Below, piece after piece: positions 53,901 to 64,000 of a DNA stretch of 64,000 nucleotides. Every line of letters begins with the position of its first letter. The first letter of the stretch is position 1. The notes beneath the pieces were generated by a model that saw nothing but the letters and a program-made list of their open reading frames with translations, ran no database searches and had not been told where the DNA came from. This DNA comes from Eledone cirrhosa (taxonomy: Eukaryota): contig OZ024741.1 of NCBI GenBank assembly GCA_964016885.1, forward strand, positions 407,588,001 through 407,652,000, given 5' to 3'. The position numbers and the translations under genes were made by a program.

Positions 53901-56900
53901 TACTGGTACTGGTGGTGTTGGTGGTAGTGTTGGTACTGGTACTGTTGGTGTTGGTGGTCGTGTTGGTACCGGTACTGGTGGTGTTGGTGGTAGTGTTGGT
54001 ACTGGTGGTTTTGGTGGTAGTGTTGGTACTGGTGGTGTTGGTGGTAGTGTTTATACTGGTGGTGTTAGTGGTAGTGTTGGTACTGGTGGTGTTGGTGGTA
54101 GTGTTGGTACTGGTATTGGTGGTGTTGGTAGTAGTGTTGGTACTGGTAGTGTTGGTGGTAGTGTTGGTACTGGTGGTGTTGGTGGTAGTGTTGTTACTGG
54201 TATTGGTTGTGTTGGTGGTAGTGTTGGTACTGGTGGTGTTGGTGGTAGTGTTGGTACTTGTGGTGTTGGTACTGGTGGTGTTGGTTGTAGTGTTGGTACT
54301 GGTGGTGTTGGTGGTAGTGTCGGTACTGGTAGTGTTGGTGGTAGTGTTGGTACTGGTGGTGTTGATGGTAGTGTTGTTACTGGTGGTGTTGGTGGTAGTG
54401 TTGGTATTGGTGGTGTTGGTGATAGTGTTGGTATTGGTGGTGTTGGTGGTAGTGTTGGTACTGGTACTGGTGGTGATGGTACTGGTGGTGTTGGTGGTAG
54501 TGTTGGTACTGGTACTGGTGGTGATGGTACTGGTGGTGTTGGTGGTAGTGTTGGTACTGGTGGTGTTGGTGGTAGTGTTGGTATTGGTGTTGTTGGTGGT
54601 AGTGTTGGTACTGGTACTGGTGGTGTTGGTACTGGTGGTGTTGGTGGTAGTGTTGCTACTGGTGGTGTTGGTGGTAGTGTTGGTACTGGTATTGGTTGTG
54701 TTGGTGGTAGTGTTGGTACTGGTGGTGTTGGTGGTAGTGTCGGTACTGGTAGTGTTGGTGGTAGTGTTGGTACTGGTGCTGTTGGTGGTAGTGTTGGTAC
54801 TGGTGGCGTTGGTACTGGTGGTGTTGGTGGTAGTGTTGGTACTGGTACTGGTGGTGTTGGTGGTAGTGTTGGTACTGGTGGTGTTGGTGGTAGTGTTGGT
54901 ACTGATGGTGTTGGTACTGGTGGTGTTGGTGGTAGTGTCGGTACTGGTAGTGTTGGTGGTAGTGTTGGTGGTGGTGTTGTTACTGGTGGTGTTGGTGGTA
55001 GTGTCGGTACTGGTGGTGTTGGTGGTAGTGTTGGTATTGGTGGTGTTGGTGGTAGTGTTGGTATTGGTGGTGTGGGTGGTAGTGTTGGTATTGGTGGTGT
55101 TGGTGGTAGTGTTGGTATTGGTGGTGTGGGTGGTAGTGTTGGTACTGGTACTGGTGGTGTTGTTACTGGTGTTGTTGGTGGCAGTGTTGGTACTGGTGGT
55201 GTTGGTGGTAGTGTTGGTATTGGTGGTGTTGGTTGTAGTGTTGGTATTGGTGGTGTGGGTGGTAGTGTTGGTACTGGTACTGGTGGTGTTGTTACTGGTG
55301 TTGTTGGTGGTAGTGTTGGTATTGGTGGTGTTGGTGGTAGTGTTGGTATTGGTGGTGTTGGTGGTAGTGTTGGTACTGGTGGTGTTGGTGGTAGTGTTGG
55401 TACTGGTGGTGTTGGTGGTAGTGTTGGTATTGGTGGTGTTGGTGGTAGTGTTGGTATTGGTGGTGTGGGTGGTAGTGTTGGTACTGGTACTGGTGGTGTT
55501 GTTACTGGTGTTGTTGGTGGTAGTGTTGGTACTGGTGGTGTTGGTGGTAGTGTTGTTACTGGTGGTGTTGGTGGTAGTGTTGGTACTGGTGGGGTTGGTG
55601 GTAGTGTTGGTACTGGTACTGCAGGTGGTAGTGTCGGTACTGGTGGTGTTGGTGGTAGAGTTGATATTGGTGGTGTTGGTGGTAGTGTTGGTACTGGTAC
55701 TGGTGGTGTTGGTACTGGTGGTGTTGGTGGTAGTGTTGGTACTGGTGGTGTTGGTGGTAGTGTTGTTACTGGTAGAGTTGGTGGTAGTGTTGGTATTGGT
55801 GGTGTTGGTGGTAGTGTTGGTACTGGTACTGATGGTGTTGGTACTGGTGGTGTTGGTGGTAGAGTTGTTACTGGTGGTGTTGGTGGTAGTGTTGGTACTG
55901 GTGGTGTCGGTGGTAGTGTTGTTACTGGTACTGCTGGTGGTAGTGTCGGTACTGGTGGTGTTGGTGGTAGTGTTGGTACTGGTGGTGTTGGTGGTAGTGT
56001 TGGTACTGGTGGTGTTGGTGGTAGTGTTGGTACTGGTGGTGTTGGTGGTAGTGTTGGTTCTGGTGGTGTTGGTGGTAGTCTTGGTACTGGTGGTGTCGGT
56101 GGTAGTGTTGTTGGTAGTGTTGGTACTGGTGGTGTTGGTGGTAGTGTTGGTACTGCTGGTGTTGGTGGTAGAGTTGGTACTGGTGGTGTTGTTGGTAGTG
56201 TAGGTACTGGTGGTGTTGGTGGTAGTGTTGGTACTGGTAGTGTTGTTGGTAGTGTTGGTACTGGTGGTGTTGGTGGTAGTGTTGGTACTGGTGGTGTTGG
56301 TGATAGTGTGGGTACTGGTGGTGTTGGTGGTAGTTTTGGTACTGGTGGTGATGGTGGTAGTGTTGGCATTGGTGGTGTTGGTGGTAGTGTTGGTACTGGT
56401 GGTGTTGGTGGTGGTGTTGGTACTGGTACTGGTGGTGTTGGTGGTAGTGTTGGTACTGGTGGTGTTGGTGGTAGTGTTGGTACTGGTTGTGTTGGTGGTA
56501 GTGTTGGTATTGGTGGTGTTGGTGGTAGTGTTGGTACTGGTGGTGTTGGTGGTAGTGTTGGTACTGGTGGTGTTGGTGGTAGTCTTGGTACTGGTGGTGT
56601 TGGTGGTAGTGTTGATACTGGTGGTGTTGGTGGTAGTGTTGGTACTGGTGGTGTTGGTGGTAGTGTTAGTACTGGTACTGCTGGTGTTGGTGATAGTGTT
56701 GGTATTGGTGTTGTTGGTGGTAGTGTTGGTACTGGTGGTGTTGGTGGTAGTGTTGGTACTGGTGGTGTTGTTGGAAGTGTTGGTACTGGTGGTGTTGGTG
56801 GTAGTGTTGTTACTGGTGGTGTTGGTGGTAGTGTTAGTACTGGTACTGGTGGTGTTGGTGATAGTGTTGGTATTGGTGGTGTTGGTGGTAGTGTTCGTAC

Positions 56901-59900
56901 TGGTGGTGTTGGTGGTAGTGTTGGTACTGGTGGTGTTGGTGGAAGTTTTGGTACTGGTGGTGTTGGTGGTAGTGTTGGTATTGGTGGTGTTGGTGGTAGT
57001 GTTGGTACTGGTGGTGTTGGTGGTAGTGTTGGCATTGGTGGTGTTGGTGGTGGTGTTGGTGGTTGTGTTGGTATTGGTGGTGTAGGTGATAGTGTTGTTA
57101 CTGGTGGTGTTGGTGGTAGTGTTGGTACTGGTGGTGATGTTGGTAGTGTTGGTACTGGTGGTGTTGGTGGTGGTGTTGTTACTGGTAGTGTTGGTGGTAG
57201 TGTTGGTACTGGTGGTGTTGGTGGTAGTTGTGGTATTGGTGGTGTTGGTGGTAGTGTTGGTATAGGTGGTGTTGGTGGTTGTGTTGGTACTGGTGGTGTT
57301 GGTGGTAGTGTTGGTACTGTTACTGGTGGTGTTGGTGGTAGTGTTGGTATTGGTGCTGTTGGTGGTAGTGTTGGTACTGGTGGTGTTGGTGGTAGTGTTG
57401 GTACTGGTGGTGTTGGTGGTAGTGTTGGTACTGGTGGTGTTGGTGGTAGTGTTGGTACTGGTGGTGTTGTTGGTAAAGTTACTATTGGTGGTGTTGGTGG
57501 TAGTGTTGGTACAGGTGCTGTTGGTGGTAGTGTTGGTATTGGTGGTGTTGGTGGTAGTGTTGGTACTGGTGGTGTTGGTGGTAGTGTTGGTACTGGTACT
57601 GGTGGTGTTGGTGGTAGTGTTGGTACTGGTACTGATGGCGTCGGTGGTAGTGTTGGTATTGGTGGTGTTGGTGGTAGTGTTGGTACTGGTGGTGTTGGTG
57701 GTAGTGTTGGTACTGGTGGTGTTGGTGGTAGTGTTGGTAATGGTGGTGTTGGTGATAGTGTTGGTATTGGTGGTGTTGGTGGTACTGTTGGTACTGGCGG
57801 TGTTGGTGGTAGTGTTGTCATAGGTGGTGTTGGTGGTAGTGTTGGTATTGGTGGTGTAGGTGGTAGTGTTGTTACTGGTGGTGTTGGTGGTAGTGTTGGT
57901 ACTGGTGGTGTTGGTGGTAGTGTTGGTACAGGTGACGTTGGTGGTAGTGTTGGTATTGGTGGTGTTGGTGGTAGTGTTGGTATTGGTGGTGTTGGTGGTA
58001 GTGTTGGTACTGGTGGTGTTAGTGGTAGTGTTGGTACTGGTGGTGTTGGTGGTAGTTTTGGTACTGGTACTGGGTGTTGGTGGTAGTGTTTGTACTGGTA
58101 CTGGTGGTGTTGGTGGTAGTGTTGGTACTGGTACTGTTGGTGTTGGTGGTCGTGTTGGTACTGGTACTGGTGGTGTTGGTGGTAGTGTTGGTACTGGTGG
58201 TTTTGGTGGTACTGTTGGTACTGGTGGTGTTGGTGGTAGTGTTTATACTGGTGGTGTTAGTGGTAGTGTTGGTACTGGTGGTGTTGGTGGTAGTGTTGGT
58301 ACTGGTATTGGTGGTGTTGGTAGTAGTGTTGGTACTGGTAGTGTTGGTGGTAGTGTTGGTACTGGTGGTGTTGGTGGTAGTGTTGTTACTGGTATTGGTT
58401 GTGTTGGTGGTAGTGTTGGTACTGGTGGTGTTGGTGGTAGTGTTGGTACTGGTACTGCTGGTGGTAGTGTCGGTACTGGTGGTGTTGGTGGTAGTGTTGG
58501 TATTGGTGGTGTTGGTGGTAGTGTTGGTATTGGTGGTGTTGGTGGTAGTGTTGGTACTGGTACTGGTGGTGTTGGTACTGGTGGTGTTGGTGGTAGTGTT
58601 GGTACTGGTACTGGTGGTGTTGGTGGTAGTGTTGGTACTTGTGGTTTTGGTGGTAGTGTTGGTACTGGTGGTGTTGGTGGTAGTGTTTATACTGGTGGTG
58701 TTGGTGGTAGTGTTGGTACTGGTGGTGTTGGTGGTAGTGTTGGTACTGGTATTGGTCGTGTTGGTAGTAGTGTTGGTACTGGTGGTGTTGGTGGTAGTGT
58801 TTATACTGGTGGTGTTGGTGGTAGTGTTGGTACTGGTGGTGTTGGTGGTAGTGTTGGTACTGGTGGTGTTGGTGGTAGTGTTGGTACTGGTATTGGTTTT
58901 GTTGGTGGTAGTGTTGGTACTGGTGGTGTTGGTGGTAGTGTTGGCACTGGTGGTGTTGGTGGTAGTGTCGGTACTGGTAGTGTTGGTGGAAGTGTTGGTA
59001 CTGGTGGTGTTGGTGGTAGTTTTGTTACTGGTGGTGTTGGTGGTAGTGTTGGTACTGGTGGTGTTGGTGGTAGTATTGGTATTGGTGGTGTTGGTGGTAG
59101 TGTTGGTACTGGTGGTGTTGGTGGTAGTGTTGGTACTGGTGGTGTTGGTGGTAGTGTTGGTATTGGTGGTGTTGGTGGTAGTGTTGGTACTGGTGGTGTT
59201 GGTGGTAGTGTTGGTACTGGTGGTGTTGGTGGTAGTGTTGGTACTGGTGGTGTTGGTGGTAGTGTTGGTATTGGTGGTGTTGGTGGTAGTGTTGGTACTG
59301 GTGGTGTTGGTGGTAGTGTTGGTACTGGTGGTGTTGGTGGTAGTCTTGGTACTGGTGGTGTTGGTGGTAGTGTTGGTATTGGTGGTGTTGGTGGTAGTGT
59401 TGGTACTGGTGGTGTTGGTGGTAGTGTTGGTACTGGTGGTGTTGGTGGTAGTGTTGGTACTGGTGGTGTTGGTGGTAGTGTCGGTACTGGTAGTGTTGGT
59501 GGTAGTGTTGGTACTGGTGGTGTTGGTGGTAGTTTTGTTACTGGTGGTGTTGGTGGTAGTGTTGGTACTGGTGGTGTTGGTGGTAGTGTTGGTATTGGTG
59601 GTGTTGGTGGTAGTGTTGGTACTGGTGGTGTTGGTGGTAGTGTTGGTACTGGTGGTGTTGGTGGTAGTGTTGGTATTGGTGGTGTTGGTGGTAGTGTTGG
59701 TACTGGTGGTGTTGGTGGTAGTGTTGGTACTGGTGGTGTTGGTGGTAGTGTTGGTACTGGTGGTGTTGGTGGTAGTGTTGGTGTTAGTGTTGGTACTGGT
59801 GGTGTTGGTGGTAGTGTTGGTACTGGTGGTGTTGGTGGTAGTGTTGGTACTGGTGGTGTTGGTGGTAGTGTTGGTATTGGTGGTGTTGGTGGTAGTGTTG

Positions 59901-62900
59901 GTACTGGTGGTGTTGGTGGTAGTGTTGGTACTGGTGGTGTTGGTGGTAGTGTTGGTATTGGTGGTGTTGGTGGTAGTGTTGGTACTGGTGGTGTTGGTGG
60001 TAGTGTTGGTACTGGTATTGGTTGTGTTGGTGGTAGTGTTGGTATTGGTGGTGTTGGTAGTAGTGTTGGTACTGGTGGTGTTGGTGGTAGTGTTGGTACT
60101 GGTGGCGTTGGTACTGGTAGTGTTGGTGGTAGTGTTGGTACTGGTGGTGTTGGTGGTAGTGTCGGTGGTGGTAGTGTTGGTGGTGGTGTTGTTACTGGTG
60201 GTGTTGGTGGTAGTGTTGGTACTGGTGGTGTTGGTGGTAGTGTTGGTACTGGTGGTGTTGGTGGAAGTGTTGGCACTGGTGGTGTTGGTGGTAGTGTTGG
60301 TACTGGTAGTGTTGGTGGTAGTGTTTGTACTGGTACTGGTGGTGTTGGTTGTAGTGTTGGTACTGGTATTGGAGGTGTTGGTGGTAGTGTTGGTACTGGT
60401 GGTGTTGGTGGTAGTGTTGGTATTGGTGGTGCTGGTGGTAGTGTTGGTACTGGTGGTGTTGGTGGTAGTGTTGGTACTGGTGGTGTTGGTGGTAGTGTTG
60501 GTATTGGTGGTGTTGGTGGTAGTGTTGGTATTGGTGGTGTGGGTGGTAGTGTTGGTACTGGTACTGGTGGTGTTGGTACTGGTGTTGTTGGTGGTAGTGT
60601 TGGTACTGGTGGTGTTGGTGGTAGTGTTGTTACTGGTGGTGTTGGTGGTAGTGTTGGTACTGGTGGGGTTGGTGGTAGTGTTGGTACTGGTACTGCAGGT
60701 GGTAGTGTCGGTACTGGTGGTGTTGGTGGTAGAGTTGATATTGGTGGTGTTGGTGGTAGTGTTGGTACTGGTACTGGTGGTGTTGGTACTGGTGGTGTCG
60801 GTGGTAGAGTTGTTACTGGTGGTGTTGGTGGTAGTGTTGGTACTGGTGGTGTCGGTGGTAGTGTTGTTACTGGTACTGCTGGTGGTAGTGTCGGTACTGG
60901 TGGTGTTGGTGGTAGTGTTGGTACTGGTGGTGTTGGTGGTAGTGTTGGTACTGGTGGTGTTGGTACTGGTGGTGTTGGTGGTAGTGTTGGTTCTGGTGGT
61001 GTTGGTGGTAGTCTTGGTACTGGTGGTGTTGGTGGTAGTGTTGTTGGTAGTGTTGGTACTGGTGGTGTTGGTGGTAGTGTTGGTACTGGTGGTGTTGGTG
61101 GTAGTGTTGGTACTGGTGGTGTTGTTGGTAGTGTAGGTACTGGTGGTGTTGGTAGTAGTGTTGGTACTGGTAGTGTTGTTGGTACTGGTACTGGTGGTGT
61201 TGGTGGTAGTGTTGGTACTGGTGGTGTCGGTGGTAGTGTTGGTACTGGTTGTGTTGGTGGTAGTGTTGGTATTGGTGGTGTTGGTGGTAGTGTTGGTACT
61301 GGTGGTGTTGGTGGTAGTGTTGGTACTGGTATTGGAGGTGTTGGTGGTAGTGTTGGTACTGGTGGTGTTGGTGGTAGTGTTGGTACTGGTATTGGGGTGT
61401 TGGTGGTAGTGTTGTCACAGGTAGTTATGGTGGTAGTGTTGGTATTGGTGGTGTTGGTGGTAGTGGTGGTATTGGTGGTGTTGGTGGTAGTGTTGGTATA
61501 GGTGGTGTTGGTGGTAGTGTTGGTACTGGTGGTGTTGGTGGTAGTGTTGGTATCGGCGGTGTTGGTGGTAGTGTTGGTACTGGTGGTGTTGGTGGTAGTG
61601 TTGGTACTGGTGGTGTTGGTGGTAATGTTGTTATTGGTGATGTTGGTGGTAGTATTGGTACAGGTGCTGTTGGTGGTAGTGTTGGTATTGGTGGTGTTGG
61701 TGGTAGTGTTGGTAGTGGTGGTGTTCGTGGTAGTGTTGGTACTGGTACTGGTGGTGTTGGTGGTAGTGTTGGTACTGGTGCTGGTGGTGTTGGTGGTAGT
61801 GTTGGTACTGGTACTGGTGGCGTTGGTGTTGGTGGTAGTGTTGGTGGTAGTGTTGGTACTGGTGGTGTTTGTGGTAGTGTTGGTACTGGTGGTGTTGGTG
61901 GTAGTGGTGGTACTGGTGGTGTTGGTGATAGTGTTGGTATTGGTGGTGTTGGTGGTACTGTTGGTACTGGTGGTGTTGGTGGTAGTGTTGGCATTGGTGG
62001 TGTTGGTGGTGGTGTTGCTACTGGTGGTGTTGGTGGTAGTGTTGGTACTGGTGGTGTTGGTGGTAGTGTTGTTACTGGTGGTGTTGGTGGTCGTGTTGTT
62101 ACTGGTACTGGTGGTGTGGGTGGTAGTGTTGGAACTGGTTTTGTTGGTGGTAGTGTTGGTACTGGTGGTGTTGGTGGTAGTCTTGGTACTGGTGGTGTTG
62201 GTGGTAGTGTGGTACTGGTGGTGTTGGTGGTAGTGTTGTTACTGGTGGTGTTGGTGGTTGTGTTAGTACTGGTACTGGTGGTGTTGGTGGTAGTGTTAGT
62301 ACTGGTACTGCTGGTGTTGGTGATAGTGTTGGTATTGGTGGTGTTGGTGGTAGTGTTGGTACTGGTGGTGTTGGTGGTAGTGTTGGTACTGGTGGTGTTG
62401 GTGGAAGTGTTGGTACTGGTGGTGTTGGTGGTAGTGTTGTTACTGGTGGTGTTGGTGGTAGTGTTAGTACTGGTACTGGTGGTGTTGGTGATAGTGTTGG
62501 TATTGGTGGTGTTGGTGGTAGTGTTGGTACTGGTGGTGTTGGTGGTAGTGTTGGTACTGGTGGTGTTGGTGGAAGTGTTGGTACTGGTGGTGTTGGTGGT
62601 AGTGTTGGTATTGGTGGTGTTGGTGGTAGTGTTGGTACTGGTGGTGTTGGTGGTAGTGTTGGCATTGGTGGTGTTGGTGGTGGTGTTGGTACTGGTGGTG
62701 TTGGTGGTTGTGTTGGTATTGGTGGTGTAGGTGATAGTGTTGTTACTGGTGGTGTTGGTGGTAGTGTTGGTACTGGTGGTGATGGTGGTAGTGTTGGTAC
62801 TGGTGGTGTTGGTGGTGGTGTTGTTACTGGTAGTGTTGGTTGTAGTGTTGGTACTGGTATTGGAGGTGTTGGTGGTAGTGTTGGTACTGGTGGTGTTGGT

Positions 62901-64000
62901 GGTAGTTGTGGTATTGGTGGTGTTGGTGGTAGTGTTGGTATAGGTGGTGTTGGTGGTTGTGTTGGTACTGGTGGTGTTGGTGGTAGTGTTGGTACTGTTA
63001 CTGGTGGTGTTGGTGGTAGTGTTGGTATTGGTGGTGTTGGTGGTAGTGTTGGTACTGGAGGTGTTGGTGGTAGTGATGGTACTGGTGGTGTTGGTGGAAG
63101 TGTTGGAACTGGTGGTGTTGGTGGTAGTGTTGGTACAGGTGCTGTTGGTGGTGGTGTTGGTATTGGTGGTGTTGGTGGTAGTGTCGGTACTGGTGGTGTT
63201 GGTGATAGTGTTGGTAATGGTACTGGTGGTGTCGGTGGTAGTGTTGGTATTGGTGGTGTTGGTGGTAGTGTTGGTACTGGTGGTGTTGGTGTTAGTGTTG
63301 GTACTGGTGGTGTTGGTGGTAGTGTTGGTACTGGTGGTGTTGGTGATAGTGTTGGTATTGGTGGTGTTGGTGGTACTGTTGGTACTGGTGGTGTTGGTGG
63401 TAGTGTTGTCATTGGTGGTGTTGGTGGTAGTGTTGGTATTGGTGGTGTAGGTGGTAGTGTTGTTACTGGTGGTGTTGGTGGTAGTGTTGGTACTGGTGGT
63501 GTTGGTGGTAGTGTTGGTACTGGTGGTGTTGGTGTTGGTATTGCTACTGGTGCTGTTGGTGGTAATGTTGGTATTGGTGGTGTAGGTGGTAGTTTTGTTA
63601 CTGGTGGTGTTGGTGGTAGTGTTGGTACTGGTAGTGTTGGTGGTAGTGTTGGTACTGGTATTGGTGGTGTTTGTGGTAGTGTTGGTATTGGTGGTGTTGG
63701 TGGTAGTGTTGGTACTGGTGGTGTTGGTGGTAGTGTTGGTACTGGTGGTGTTGGTGGTAGTGTTGGTACTGGTGGTGTTGGTGGTAGTGTTAGTACTGGT
63801 ACAGGTGGTGTTGGTGATAGTGTTGGTATTGGTGGTGTTGGTGGTAGTGTTGGTACATGTGGTGTTGGTGGAAGTGTTGGAACTGGTGGTGTTGGTGGTA
63901 GTGTTGGTATTGGTGGTGTTGGTGGTAGTGTTGGTACAGGTGGTGTTGGTGGAAGTGTTGGAACTGGTGGTGTTGGAGGTAGTGTTGGTACTGGTGGTGT
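44929..64000. repeat. 19-kb minisatellite, 27-bp unit GGTGGTGTTGGTGGTAGTGTTGGTACT, preceded by degenerate (GGT/GAT)n; runs off the window
   Basis: Periodicity visible directly; translates as GGVGGSVGT (+) or VPTLPPTPP (-). Confidence 0.97.

Noticed and set aside
45137-63450. Poly-Val/Leu membrane-protein ORFs
   Set aside because: Alternative frames of the 27-bp repeat.

Overview
Repeat-saturated, AT-rich animal genomic DNA with no recognisable host gene. The SINE families and microsatellite density suggest a cephalopod (octopus-like) genome, which is my inference. 1-20.9 kb and 41.3-44.9 kb are a mosaic of (TA)n/(CA)n/(GA)n microsatellites, tRNA-derived SINEs, a non-autonomous Helitron, a DD37D (maT) Tc1/mariner relic, CRE- and RTE-clade LINE 3' fragments and Neptune-type Penelope-like element (PLE) fragments. 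20.9-41.3 kb is a same-strand array of four Tx1-like non-LTR retrotransposons, each bounded by (TATC)n/(CT)n microsatellite, with a PLE relic between copies 2 and 3. 44.9-64 kb is a 19-kb G/T-rich 27-bp minisatellite with kb-scale higher-order duplications. The main signal the ORF track misses is about a dozen type I hammerhead-ribozyme (HHR) motifs with palindromic helix III. Several sit in non-coding fold-back palindromes whose symmetry axis falls on or beside the ribozyme core, and one sits in a permuted, retrozyme-like tandem unit. All alignments and folds were done by eye, so boundaries are approximate and catalytic activity is untested.
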